Assembly (NCBI RefSeq): GCF_004010195.1
Contig: NC_057756.1
Location: 6,550,788 to 6,614,787 of the forward strand
Origin: Chiloscyllium plagiosum
Taxonomy: Eukaryota
Length of the DNA stretch: 64,000 nt
Direction of reading: 5' to 3'
Below the pieces are notes generated by a model. That model worked only from the letters and a program-made list of their open reading frames with translations, had not been told where the DNA came from and did no database searches. Within the stretch, counting starts at the first letter, position 1. Each line of letters starts with the position of its first letter. Both the position numbers and the translations under genes were made by a program. Of the stretch, positions 12,147 through 25,033 are shown piece by piece.

Positions 12147-12441
12147 AACAGAGACGGAAAAGAAAGTGGAAATCAGAGCCTGTTGGTAATTCAAAACTCC
12201 TTTGCAGATTTCCAAAACCATTCCAACTTTTCCCGAGTAATGTCCATGTAGAGGTTTTTGGCGAAGTAGTTGAAGTTAACAGCAAAGATCCTATACTGGT
12301 GAGGCAATATAGGCATATTCGTGGTTCTCCCACCTAATGTTGGCAACTGTCCGTTTCATTGGAAAATCTGCACTTATGGTATCATGGCATTGCAGTGCAT
12401 ATCGTTTTGATCAGAGAAAATAAGTATTTGGAAATAATAAG
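12147..12441 (+). pseudogene. Ig V-set (B7/butyrophilin-like) exon relic
   Basis: Frameshifted reading KVEIRA/PVGNSKLLCRF ... RQYRHIR/VLPPNVGNC/SVSLENLHLWYHGI/QCI follows the V-set pattern VG..L.C.F, QY.GR, GN.SL.L.NL, D.G.Y.C. Length ~295 nt with donor aag|gtattt. Confidence 0.55.
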
Positions 12442-12514
12442 GTATTTTCAGGCTTCATATAGTAGTTTTCATAACATTGCAAGAACGTGTTTCCATCATC
12501 GTTTAGTAGAGAGA

Positions 12515-12962
12515 AATTGAGTTACAGGGAGAGGTTGAATAGGCTGTGTTTGTTTTCCCTGGAGTGTGGGAGGCTGAGGGGTGACTTTATAAAATTATGA
12601 CGGGCATGGATAGAATAATTATAGAAAGTCTTTTCCCTGGGGTGGGGGAGTCCAGAACAAGAGGGCATAGGTATTTGCTGAGAGGGGATAGATATGAAAG
12701 AGACCAGGAGGCAACTTTTTCACGCAGAGGATGGACATGTATGGAATAAGCGACCAAAGGAAGCTGCCAGAGGAAGTGGTAGAGGCTGGTACAATTGCAA
12801 GATTTAAACAGCATCTGGATGGGTATATGAATAGGAAAGGAATAAAGGGATATGGGTCTGGTGCTGGCTGGTGGAACTAGATTGGTTTGGGATATCTGGT
12901 TGGCGTGGGCGAGTTGGACCGACGGGTCTGTTTCCGTGCTGTACATCTCTATGACTCTATTG
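12515..12962 (+). mobile_element. CR1/HER1 LINE 3' end
   Basis: ttgagttacagggagaggttgaataggct...ctgtttccgtgctgtacatctctatgactcta tail. Confidence 0.9.
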
Positions 12963-13975
12963 ATCTAAAATGTAGCAGGTAAGTAATTCTTTACTATACC
13001 CGTGTTAAAATCTGATTTTATTTTTAAAAAGAATGGGAGACCAGCATTTACTGCTGATCCATAATTTTCTGAAATGAACCATCATCTCCATGCAACTGAA
13101 ATTACTATTCCCACGTTCCATTCTAGAAGAACTCCACTTTTCTTAGGGTGTAGGGCTGACATGGTGCTTGTTTTCAAAGAGAAAAAAAAATCTTCTGTGC
13201 TGTTTGTAGGGAATACAAATAAGATGGGTGACCCTGACAGCATTTCAAAAGCAAAACTCTATTCCATCATGGTATCACTATTTCATCAACATCTATTTTA
13301 CTGATGGGCAAACGTTTCCATGTGCTTTCCAGTTATCCCTCTGGAACATCCACGCAATTTTATTAATCAACTTCTGTCGTTTCATCAAAACTATACATTA
13401 GATCGGTCAAACACGGTTTCCACTTCACAAATCCTTTCACGTCCCATTTGATTATCATAAAACTCTTAAGACCCAGTTACTTTCCTTCTGGAATAATGGA
13501 ATCCAAATTCTTTGTGTTTAGATATGCTGTCTTAGAGTTTCTAAGACTATCCTTCCACACACTTGCTTCAGTGAGGAGTCAATTTTCTCGTCGCAAATTC
13601 TATTGAAACACTTCTATACTACGGCAATATTGTAGGAGACTCACTCATTACATGGATGGAGTGGCAATGTGGACATAAAGAATGCGAGGTCAGCCATGAT
13701 TCTATTTAACGGCAGAGCAAAGTCGCAGGATCAAACGACATGCTCCTGTTTCTATTTCTTAAGGTCTGAAAATTCGGCAGAAATTGACCAACGTTGAATC
13801 CTTCTTTTGCTGGTTTTTTGTTGAAATGCAAGTTAAAATATCTGTTTCCCTCAACTACATGCAATTCATAACAATTTAGCTTTGATTTCATTGTACCTTT
13901 TTTTTATATTTAAAAGAACGGCTGTAATGGAGGCCAGTGGTAAGTGCCACATCCCTTCTTGGCTTCCTCATCATT

Positions 13976-14184
13976 TGAAAATGTGTTGCTGGAAAAGCGC
14001 AGCAGGTCAGGCAGCATCCAAGGAACAGGAGAATCGACGTTTCGGGCATAAGCCCTTCTTCAGGAAGGGCTTATGCCCAAAACGTCGATTCTCCTGTTCC
14101 TTGGATGCTGCCTGACCTGCTGCGCTTTTCCAGCAACACATTTTCAGCTCTGATCTCCAGCATCTGCAGCCCTCACTTTTTCCT
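13976..14184. mobile_element. Palindromic non-autonomous Penelope-derived insertion with a 16-bp direct repeat and a hammerhead core
   Basis: 83-nt inverted arms at 13976-14058 and 14064-14146 (1 mismatch). Flanking direct repeat ttcctcatcatttgaa at 13964-79 and 14180-95. Minus strand reads CUGAAGA-A-GGGC-UUAU-GCCC-GAAA-CGUC. Confidence 0.85.
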
Positions 14185-15244
14185 CATCATTTGAACAATA
14201 TCTGAGCTCCCCACTGTCCCGTACTTCTTTAGCTTCAATGAAATGTAAATGCACCCAAATGTAAAATGAGCTGTAGAATCTCTTTCAGTAAAGTTGTACA
14301 TTGCTGGGAATGCAAGGTTACTCAGACAGCTTTTTATTTTGCAGAGATTCCCCTGGAGTCCTTAGACAGCATAATCAAAACAGTCTCATTCAGAATGATA
14401 CAGGCAACAGATGCATTAGAATATTGCCACCTGCATGATCTTCTCTGAGCCATTCACCATCCTCACTAGAAACTATATTGCTATTCCAGTAAGGCCATTG
14501 GATCAACTTCATGGATCTCATCCTGTCAGAGTATTTTGCTTGTACCTGCACAACACAGATCGCAATGGATTAAGTTAGCAGCTCACCAAAACTTTCTCAA
14601 GGTCAAATAGGAATGAAAAATAAATGCTGATTCAACTGCAAAGTCCATGTCACTGGAATAATTAGTAATTGAACATTTGGAGTACCAATTACATCTCCAT
14701 TATAAAATATGCACCAGATTGGAAGTTTCAGAGAATAGAATTTGAACGAATGAGATATAAAGTGATTGAGTTCACATATTCCTATGTTCTGGAATGAAAA
14801 AAAAACTTTGGTGGAGTTTTGATATTCCAGTTAGCAAATAATTGGGATTGCATTCAAAGAAATGCAACACTTGGTTCAGTCTGAAATCTGTAGAAGAAAG
14901 TATTACATGCCTGGTTTGTTACTGGGTCGCTCACAGAACTTAGTTATCTTTTTCTTATTTTTTGTGAGAATGACTGTAAAGGACATCAGTACTGATTTTT
15001 ACAATTGACAGCAGTTGTATGTTCACCAAAACAGAAACCAGCTGAGTAATTTAGAGATTTTCTCGTTGAATTTAAGTGTCAGCCAGTTTCATTTAACTGA
15101 TCTCGTGATTTCAGGTCTAATGATGTCACTGCTTTGTTTTGTCTTGCTTACCATTTCTGCAACTGAGGCGGTAATTAGCTCGAGACGATGCAATTGTGGC
15201 CATTTGGTTATGTGATTCATTATTTGTTCTTGTTGCATTTTCAG

Positions 15245-15371
15245 ACCAGTTAAATTCCAGGCGTAAAACAAATGATGGTGTTACAGCTGCCATGGTGATT
15301 GCTTCACTTCTTTTTTGGGGGTTTTTTATCGGTGGGATCAGCATATGGTTGATCAAAATTAAATCGGAAGG
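15245..15371 (+). CDS. Candidate transmembrane exon of a type I membrane receptor (possibly pseudogenic)
   Basis: Acceptor ttcttgttgcattttcag. Open phase-1 reading (D)QLNSRRKTNDGVTAAMVIASLLFWGFFIGGISIWLIKIKSEG has a ~24-aa hydrophobic span and a basic stop-transfer. Donor gg|gtaaat. Confidence 0.55.
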
Positions 15372-15996
15372 GTAAATACATTTATGACTTTTTTCCTTAA
15401 AATTTACCATTTTTCTTCATGACCAGTCAATTTTAAATAATATAGATTTGTAAAACGCTTCTGTCAATCATAGATAATTGTAAAGTATGTTTACACTGAC
15501 CATGTTGATGGTTTATATCTTGCAAAGCAAAAACCGTTTATCTGTGTTAGTTCCTCATTTTAGTTCGACAGAAAGCTAACTTTCTTTTGCTAAAGCAATG
15601 ACATGGTTTTAATTCTCCAATACTGAAACTCCAATTCAGAAAATCTCCTAGACTTCGTCAATTTTACTCTTTTTCTCGGTAACTTCAAAGTTTCATTTTT
15701 GACAAGTTCTAACAATGTAAATGATGGATTAAAATAGTTCAAGTTATGCCTTCATATTCTGATCATTTTATTTGTTCAATCCCTCATTATTTGAATGTTG
15801 GATCTCAATGCCTAATATTGAAGGCGGCCAGCCAGTAATAAATTTGTACTGTACACATTGAAAAACAAAAAAAAATCAGTTATCATCAAAAATAACACTT
15901 TGACTATTGGAATATGTTTGTTCCAGATCATAATTATTTTAACACAAGGTTGTCATGAAAAGCGTTTAATTTTCATTTTAGGCAATAATTCTTTAG

Positions 15997-16043
15997 AATG
16001 AAATTCCCAACACAAGAGCAACATACTAGCTCAATAGAAAGTG
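15997..16043 (+). CDS. Candidate 47-nt cytoplasmic exon
   Basis: ttctttag| ... g|gtaagt. Phase 2 to 1, in frame with the TM exon: (G)MKFPTQEQHTSSIES. An upstream AG at 15981 would give an immediate stop. Confidence 0.35.
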
Positions 16044-17313
16044 GTAAGTGAATAATTTCAATATTTCAATGTTTCTCTGGCAGTGCAAAACTTAACAGTG
16101 TTCGCTCATTTGAGGTTAATTCGATGAACCATGTATCATACAGACTGCTGAACTTTCTTGCTTGCAATAACGTTAAGATATATTAAGATAACAATCCCTC
16201 TCAACAGCATTCCAATTGAAATAATTGCAAAACATGCCTAAACCCATATTTGTAATGGAACTTTCAGCAATTGTATTGATCAAATTTGTTTTTAATGATA
16301 ATACTTGTTGCTAATTTTTGAAAGGTGATGACAATAAGTTTACAGCCGTCGTCATTGTGTAATACGTATCCAATTTCAAATCCTATGACTTTCAAATCAC
16401 AAAGTGTATATTTCTAATCTATTTTCACGCTTTGCTGTTGCATTTTTCATGACAGTGTGTGTTCCTTTATTATCAGAACCTAATAGATTTTATTGGATTA
16501 GTGAGAACTTTTTGACATGGATATTGTACAGAATATATTTATTATCTACTACTCGGGATTTCAGGTTTTAACGTCGATCAACTCTGATACAGCCCCATTC
16601 ATTTTTAAAAATAACGCAATCATTGAGTATTAAACTGATAACTAGGAGTTATCATTCTACTTTACAAAAGATCAAATGTATCGTCCAAAGTAAAATTTTG
16701 ACCTTGACTCTTATCACTTTGTTAACGTAGACATATCAGTAAAAATTAATTACATTGTTTGGTTGCATTCTTTACTTGAAGCACTTGCAAGTACAAGCGT
16801 TGAGCCTATATTCAATGCAACTACTAATAATGATTAACTTAGGACATGCAGAATCCACTCAAAACCCAGCAAGAGAAGAATGAGGAATGGTAGTTTCAAT
16901 TTCATACGTTGTAATTCAATTACTCTAAATATATTGGACTTTAGAATTGCCCATTGTTTTAGGACTACTGGTACTGTCTGGAATATTATGAAGCAAATTG
17001 TTGCTATAATAGTTCCAGAGACATGAGTTTGCAGTTCATTAGAGCTATGAAGATAGTGGGTGGATTTTCCTGGATCATGGAACGGAATAGGAGATTTGAC
17101 AGGTGCACAAAAGTTCTGGAAGAATTTTGTAAAAGAAAGAATGAAAAATGTAAACCTGCATATAAAGTCACATAAAGAGCAACCAAATGTAACTTGAGCT
17201 GTGAGGTTTTGTATTTTCGTTTCAGACTTTAAGTTTCTCAGATCTGAAGCGTATAGACTGAAATGTTGCTGTAAATAAATTGCATAGGAACTTATAACAA
17301 AATTGGATAAATA

Positions 17314-17614
17314 CTTAGATTACTTACAGTATGGAAACAGGCCCTTCGGCCCAACAAGTCCACACCAACCCGTCGAAGCGCAACCCACCCCATACCCCTT
17401 CTTATGTAACACTACAGGCAATTTAGAATGGCCAATTCACTTGACCTGCACACCTTTTGGACTGTGGGAGGAAACCGGAGCATCCGGAGGAAACCCACGC
17501 CGACACGGGGAGAATGTGCAAGCTCCATACAGTCAGTTGCCTGAGTCGGGAATTGAACCCAGGTCTCTGGCACTGTGAGGCAGCAGTGCTAACCACTGTG
17601 CCACCGTGCCGCCC
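17314..17614 (-). mobile_element. HE1-type SINE, near full length
   Basis: Reverse complement of the consensus, ending ...ccactgtgccaccgtgccgccc. Confidence 0.92.
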
Positions 17615-17786
17615 TTGAAGGAAAACTGTTGGTTAGGCTGTGGTAAAATAACAAGGGAACAAGTTTAACTTGATATCATTGAAAGCCGATAGGGGCATCG
17701 CAGAACAAAAAGCTTCCTTTGAGATTTTAACAGTCTGTGGCTCTGCAATTATCCATTCATAGTAAATTAATTGTCTTGTACCTCAG

Positions 17787-17855
17787 ACCTTGCTGCAGTT
17801 CTTAGTAAGAAGTCGTCAGCGATCTACGAAAATATTCAAAGAAAACAAACTGTTG
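17787..17855 (+). CDS. Candidate symmetric (phase 1-1) cytoplasmic exon with Tyr motif IYENI
   Basis: ttgtcttgtacctcag| (D)LAAVLSKKSSAIYENIQRKQTV g|gtacta. 69 nt and open. Confidence 0.4.
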
Positions 17856-19209
17856 GTACTAATATGATAATTATGTCAGTGAAACTAATAAACAATTAAG
17901 TGGCTCTGCTCATTAAACTAAAGCCAGCTTTTTGCATACATTTTTCCCGTACTCGAAGGAAAGTGGGTTTATTAATAAGTCAAAAAGGAGCATGGGATCT
18001 TTGTGATTTTTTTAAAGATTGATTGGTAAGACAATGACTTTTATGCAAGATGGAATAAATCGGATCCCCAACCTGATCATAGGGCTACTCTATCATTGGA
18101 GATAGACGATTGATTACCATCTACCATGTTACGTGAGAAACAGCAAATGAAATATGAACAGATTTATTTATCACTAGGATTGATGTCTCCTCTAATTTCC
18201 AATGCCTTCGTAAAATTTTGTGTCAGTCTTATTGTTTAAGATTGGGCACTTGAAGTCAAACAAATTTGACTGTCATGCTTCAATCATTAAGGATCAAGAC
18301 CGGGATACCTACATATATGTTCTGTACATAAGCACGCATCTCATCGGGTTGTCAGAAAAGCGATCAATGTACATTTAATACATCTTCTATGAATGTGTGT
18401 ATAGTCCATGAAAGAACTGTAATTTTTGTTACAAATTATTGCAGGCAAGCAGATTAGTTTTCTGAACACACTTCACATTTTGTTTTCTTGCGTAGCCATT
18501 GGTCTTATGGAATATCCATCAATCAACAATCCATTCTCACCTTGCAGGAACATTTTCGCAAATCACTCACAGATTCTCGGAGGCACCGAGTGACCAGCAT
18601 TCATTATCTGCCCCTAACCACCTTTGAGAATGTGTTCTCTTCTTGAACACTTACAGCCCAATTGGTATAGGTAAGATGAGTGCTTCAGGTGGAAGTTCGA
18701 GAATTTTGTCCCAAAGCCAATAAAGGGCCAGACATATAATTCCGAGTCAGGGATAGTGAGTGTTTTGGAATGGAACTGGGAGGGGTAATATTAAGCTGCA
18801 TCTGCCACCCATCCATTTCTAGATCATAGTGGCTATGTGATGCAACCTGTTTGAATGGAGCCTTGGTGAATTCCTGCATTGCATCGTGCGGATGCTTCAC
18901 ACTGCTGCTGCTGATATCAATGATGGAAGGAGGTGATTTTGTATCTGTGCTGCCAACCAAATCGAGATGGCTTGTCCTGGTTGGTGTGAAGCTTTTATTA
19001 TGTTATTGGAGCTACACTGATGCAGGCAAGTGGGGAATATTTTATCACAGTCCTGAACTGTGCCTTGTAGATGGTGGACAAGATTTGATAACTCACAAGG
19101 TGAAATAATCCCTCCCGGACACCAATCCTCTTTCCTGTTCTTGAAGCCCACCATTTAATTGAAATATTGAGGTAATTATGGAGCAATGATAACTGCTATG
19201 GTGCTGACA

Positions 19210-19785
19210 GCACGATGGTACCGTCACTTTAATGCAGTTATTTTGTCCTTGTGTTTTCTTTCTCAGAGAGGTCATAAAGGCAGAGGTGCTGCAATGTCTG
19301 GAAAGATCCTTGTTTATCAATGGCAGGAGAGTGGCCAGTTCTCTCAGTTCAGTTTTAATCCAGTTTGGTTTAGTTGCAACAGTGAGAAGCTGCTGCAGAG
19401 CAGAAAAAGGTTCCAAGCTTCAGCAGTTCATTCTTGACTGACGTTTTCTCTCTGAAATCTCTCCTGCCTGTAAGAACCTATGTTTTAATTTACCTTTTGC
19501 CAAAGGGTGTGTTTATGGGATGTTACGGGAATTGGAACAGCTCCTTATTTAAGTTGCTATGTTCGGTCAGTTAAGTTTTCAATGCTTGTGTTATTCTAAG
19601 TTCCATTTTCATTTGTTCATGTTTCAACTGTAGTGTTTTAGTAGGCGCTGTTTTTCTTAAAGCCAAATGGTTTGAACAGCTACATCACAGCTGAAAAATC
19701 CACTTCACATCTGTCTTTAAAATAAGAAAAGTTAGTCTCTGAGCTAACTTTTTAAAAATGTTTTGAATGTGTCCAATTGCATAAG
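19210..19785. mobile_element. Diverged solo LTR-like copy, inverted relative to 9197 and 50724, inside an old LINE remnant
   Basis: Reverse strand contains gctgttccaattcc..catcccataaacacaccctttggcaaaaggtaaa..ttcttacagg, shared with the other two copies. Confidence 0.6.
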
Positions 19786-21289
19786 TCACTGATTCAGCAA
19801 TGGAAATTACATTGAAATTCAAGGGGGGCTGATGCTGGTGATGGTAATTACCTGGTATTTTGGCGTGATGTAATTTGCAACTTCTCAACTTATTCTGAAT
19901 ATTTTGCAGGGTTTTCTTCTATTTGGACGTGAGTTGCTTAATTAACTGAGGTTTCGCAAATGGTGCTCCCTAATGCTGAGTCATCCACACACATCCCTGC
20001 TTGTCACCTTCTGATGGAAGCAAAATAATTGATAAAGCTACTGACTATGGTTGGACTAGGACAGTGCCCTGAGGAACTACTGCAGAAATGTCGTGAAACA
20101 GAGTTCCGAGGCCAACTAAAGAATATTTATCCAGGATTACTATTGATGCTAGTCTTGCACATTCGGTGAGATGTAGTTTCAGATCAGAAATACGTTGCGT
20201 TTCTGTTTCAACAATTCAATGTATTTCCCATTGAATGTTCTGAACTGCATCAGTACTGAATGTGTGACTTAGGGATAAAGCAATCAGCGATATTAAGGAA
20301 ACGCAGAAATACTCTATTTAGCTGAACATCAGACATGATGATAATAAGTGTTTCAGTATGAGATATTTGATCCCACGGACATTGTATCCTTTTTTGACTC
20401 GCAAGTCATTGTGGGTTTATGATGCAATACAGCAAAATGCTAATAAATTCACAAAAATGCTACAAACTGCTGTTCACACATTGTTTTCCAAACCATTTGC
20501 TAATATTTTGTAAGGGAAAAGAATTCTACATGAGATGCTATTCATTTGACATTGACTTCCAAGCTCTGATTCTTTGTATTCATTACTTCAATCTGCATCT
20601 GATTTAGCTTAACCAAACACCACTGCTTTCTGTCTCTCTTTGCGATCCATGACTGCATTCCTCCATTCAAACGCGCTGACTGAGTTTTCCACCTTATTTT
20701 GAATTCAGATGCCGAAACAAATTCCTTATTCCATATGTGGTAATTTTCCTGGGAAGAAAATTTGTTTCCAAACTTTCCACAAAGGGATCGCTTTGTAACT
20801 ATGAGTTGCCTCACTTTGGATGTTGAGTAACGATTGCAGACTTGTAACGGTGAATGTTTTCAAATGATCTCTCAAGTTCATGTAAAACGTTTCTAATCTC
20901 ATAAAGTGTTGCCCTTTCTAATTTTCGTTTCCCTTGGATTTAACTAGTTGTTGTACAATGGCAAATCAAACTTGTATGTTTCTGCCCTCAGCTGGTTGAT
21001 CTATCATTACATCGATCACGGTGCCTCAGTTAAAGCAACATATCTCTCCGCCAAACATTGTAACTTTCCTGGGTTCCTTTCGGGGATGATGATAAGGCTA
21101 CATTGTTCTTACATCCACCATCGATTCCATTTGTTCTCTAACCTTACATTTAAACACACTTTGTTTCATTCTCACAGCAGTAGCACCGTCATAATTATTC
21201 ACAAATGTTAATTATTACTTTAATCAATGAACATTTCTTCTCCCAACATTCCCGAAATGTATAACATATTAAAATTCAACCTTCTCGTT

Positions 21290-22000
21290 GAGAGTCATAG
21301 AGATGTACAGCATGGAAACAGATCCTTCGGTCCAACCCGACAACGTCGACCAGATATCCCAACCCAATCTAGACACACCTGCTAGCACCCGGCCCATATC
21401 CCTCAAAACCCTTCCTATTCATACACCCATCCAAGTGCCTTTTAAATGTTGCAATTCTACCAGCCTCCAACACTTCCTCTGGCAGCTTATCCCGTACATG
21501 TACCACCCTCTGCGTGAAAACGTTGCCCCTTAGAGTTCTTTTATATCTTTTCCCTCTCACCCTAAATCTATGCCCTATCGTTCTGGGCTCCCCCATCCCA
21601 GGGAAAAGACTTTGTCTATTTATTCTATCCATGCCCCTCATAATTTTGTAGACCTCTACAAGGTCGATGCACCACGGAAAACAGCCCCAGCCTGCCCAGC
21701 CTGCTCAGCCTATACCTATAGCTTAAATCCTCCAATCCTGGCAACATCCCTGTAAATCTTTTCTGAACCCTTCAACGTTTCACAACATCTTTCTGTTAGG
21801 AAGGAGACCAGAATTGCACGCAATATTCCAACAGTGGCCGAACCAATGTCCTGTACAGCCACAACATGACCTCCCAATTCCTGTACTCAATAATGTGACC
21901 AATAAACGAATGCAGACCAAACGCCTTCTTCACTATCCTATCTGCCTGTGACTCCGCTTTCAAGGAGCTATGAACCTCCACTCCAAGGTCTCTTTGCTGT
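21290..22000 (-). mobile_element. CR1/HER1 LINE 3' fragment
   Basis: LYRTLVRPLLEYCVQFWSP (21796-21981), TIGHRFRV..FTQRVV and a (gagtcata) tail. Confidence 0.92.
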
Positions 22001-23439
22001 CCATCTCCGTTTAACAGCCCTTGTACACTTCCATTGTTTTTCTATAATCAGATGTGCTCTCACACACAACTTATTTTCCTTCTCCCCATCACCAAAACAC
22101 CTATTTTTTTCACCTATTAACCACAGCAGCAAATCAATATGTTCAATTCACTTAAATAAAAACTGCGTGAAGGGCAAACAGACCATCAAATGTGATGGGG
22201 GTGGGGGAGGAGTTGGATCATGATCGAGTTGGAAGGGGTAATGACGAATTCTACCATCATACTTGCATTCTTACCTCTGACTTTCCAACAATATCACCTG
22301 CAACAATTGCTTTCCTTAATAATGTATGCAATTATAGACCAAGGTAACCAACACCTATCTATAGTTGCTTATTATGACTCATCCCCATGGTATCCATAGT
22401 CATTTTCATCAAATTGCATACAGCGAGTTGTCACGAACTCACATCTTTCATCATCCAGAAAGATAGGTATATCAGGTAGTCTGGACCCTCGGCATCACGC
22501 ACTGCATAGGTCTGGATGTATTTGAAACTGAGGAGAACACCTGACATGCCTTGCCAAAAATACAGCTGCGGTACATTATCACCTCAACGATTTCGACACC
22601 CAACTGGAGGATTACTCATGCCCTTTACAGGAGAAAAACGGACGAGCAATAAAGACTGGTCTTATCAGTGATGCTCAATTCTTTGAACTGATTTTCAAAA
22701 TGAATTATATGTCTTCTTATTCTGCATTCTGCAGCAAGGGGGAATGATTTTTAAATGAATTCCAACGAGATCCTATGAACATGCAAAACGTCTCCACTAC
22801 ATCATCAAATAGATTTATGCAATAATTTAATGAAAGACAATCTTGTTCTTTAGTCAGTGGTATCAAGCGAGGAAGTGTGCCGTCCGCATATTTCACCTCT
22901 TCCGAATTCATCCGCCTGGACTGAGCACCAAATTGCTTTGGACATTTTGTTATTTATACATACGATTTATGTTCTTAGATTGCTGAATTCATTTATTCTC
23001 TTACATTTGCCTAGTTTCGAGCTGGAACAATATACATAATGATCCTATCTTGTGTTTTATGGCTGTAATCATTAAAAGCTTTGAACATGCATATACCAGA
23101 TTACTTGAGTTTTCCTGTGTCGTCACTGAAGTTGCAGGTAGCTCACTGTTGGAATTCCTACCTAAAGAGACCAATATAAATCAAATGAGGTGATGTGAAT
23201 GCCCTCTTTTATAGTTGCTGGAAAAAAGCGAGCAAAAATTACTCTTTGCCGAACAAAATTGTGTAGGGTTTGATTTATGTGTACACGATTATTCATAACT
23301 GCATCTCTAATACTAAAACCGTGCATTTGTGGATTGCTGAATTTCTCCATCTAAAGAAGAAATACGAAACCTAACATGTAACATCTGCATGCAACTTTCA
23401 GTTTCTGATTTAATTTATATATTTTGAAAAGTTTCATTG

Positions 23440-23790
23440 TTATAGAGTTATAGGGTCACACATGGAAACAAACCCTTCAGTCCAACTACTCCACGCTGAC
23501 CATATTCCGAAACTAATCGAGTCCCTTTTTTTCGTACTTCGCTTATATTCCTCCAAACGTTTCTTCTTCATGTACTTATCCAAATGCATTTTAAATGCCC
23601 TAATTTGATCTGCGTCCAGCACTTCCACTAGCAGTTCATTCCACTCACGAACTGCATTCTGTGTAAAATTATTGCCCCTCATGTCCTTTTTAAAACTTTC
23701 TCCACTCACTCCAAACGTATGACATCTAGTTCTGAATTCCTCCACCATACGGAAAGGACCTTTGATAATCACTTAATCTATGCCCCTCAA
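23440..23790 (-). mobile_element. Diverged CR1 LINE 3' end
   Basis: ORF reads TRCHTF..FTQNAVREWNEL..FKMHLDKYM. Confidence 0.8.
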
Positions 23791-23865
23791 TCAGATTGAA
23801 AAATGCAGGTTGGGTTAAAGACTAATTTTCAAGCAATAGCAACAACATAGGCGTGAAAGCTGAGA

Positions 23866-23975
23866 GGAGAAAGTGAGGGCTGGAGATGCTGGAGATCAGA
23901 GCTGAAAATGTGTTGCTGGAAAAGCGCAGCAGGTCAGGCAGCATCCAAGGAACAGGAGAATCGACGTTTTCAGGC
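23866..23975 (-). mobile_element. Truncated Penelope terminal repeat
   Basis: Nearly identical to the arm at 13976-14040. The hammerhead stem II is deleted. Confidence 0.8.
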
Positions 23976-24476
23976 TAGTGGATAGATCAATTGCTAAGCA
24001 ATGGCTGACATTTTAGGATATCCGCATATTCCTATCATAAACAAAAATTCTAAGGGTAGGACCCATTAGGAAAGCATCAAACTTAAGGAAAAAAACATAT
24101 TATTCTGCTAAGATGATCGCTAGGTCAGTTGACTGGAATATAAAGAACAACAGATAGTGACTGGAAGGTTAATCAGAGAAAGTAATTACAGAACAAGACA
24201 GAGCTAGCTACAAAGATTATTTTTTAAAAAAAGGATAGATCTTGATGTTATATGGAAGCCTGTACCTTAATTTCCATAAAGCATTTGCTAAGAAGCCACG
24301 GGAAACAAGTTATTGTGCAAAGTCAGAGTTCATTTTGAAAGAAGCAATTTATTCACATGGAGAGGGGATTGTTATGCGAGCAGAAATCAAAGTATTCTAA
24401 GTTGAAAGACATTCAATGCTTTCATTTCCTCTGTTCGCCCTCTAAGAATTCTTCAATGTGATTGGCTTTTTACTTA

Positions 24477-24650
24477 GAACACAGAACATTGAACATTACA
24501 GCGCAGTACAGGCCCTTCGGCCCTCGATGTTGCGCCGACCTGTGGAACCAATCTGAAGCCCATCTAACCTACACCATTCCATTTTCGTCCATTTGTCTAT
24601 CCAATGACCATTTAAAAGCCCTTAAAGTTGGCGAGTCTACGACTGTTGCA
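24477..24650 (-). mobile_element. CR1-family 3' end (different subfamily)
   Basis: gaacattacagcgcagtacaggcccttcggccctcgatgttgcgccgacc tail. Confidence 0.7.
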
Positions 24651-24925
24651 GATAGTAGACTACTTGTTTGATAACATCATTGATGCTCGACGCGGTAAAT
24701 GCATTTGAACTGAGAACAGCATGAAACGCACTTTGACAGTGATGAGAACAAAACTTTAGCAATTGTTAGAGATTTGTATGCAGCATTATGAACAGTGTCA
24801 TCCCTGCACCACGATACTCAAAACAGTGGCTTCTCGGAGATTTTGTAGGTATCAAGGAGGGTGCTTTAAAAATATTTAATATTAATTTGGAATATATTTG
24901 ACTGGCTTAATATTGGACGTTTCAG

Positions 24926-25033
24926 AAGGCGTGTTTGACAAAGCAAAGGAGACGCGTTGTGATGCAAAAGTGATGAAGTTGTACAGAATACAAAGCGTGC
25001 GACTGGAATCTCTGACTCTACATTACTCTCAAG
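24926..25033 (+). CDS. Weak candidate cytoplasmic exon ending LHYSQ (ITIM-like LHYSQV if spliced to 25143)
   Basis: gtttcag| 108 nt open in phase 1-1, ending caag|gtatgt. The next acceptor tttctctgaatag (25142) gives VPHQYLNSKST...MEA* followed by AATAAA at 25212. Confidence 0.25.

Noticed and set aside
15115-16043. DAP12/DAP10-type adaptor (signal-like stretch, CxC, GVxAxxV TM)
   Set aside because: The TM lacks the acidic residue, the exon phases do not join the CxC segment to the TM exon, and no ITAM spacing is seen.
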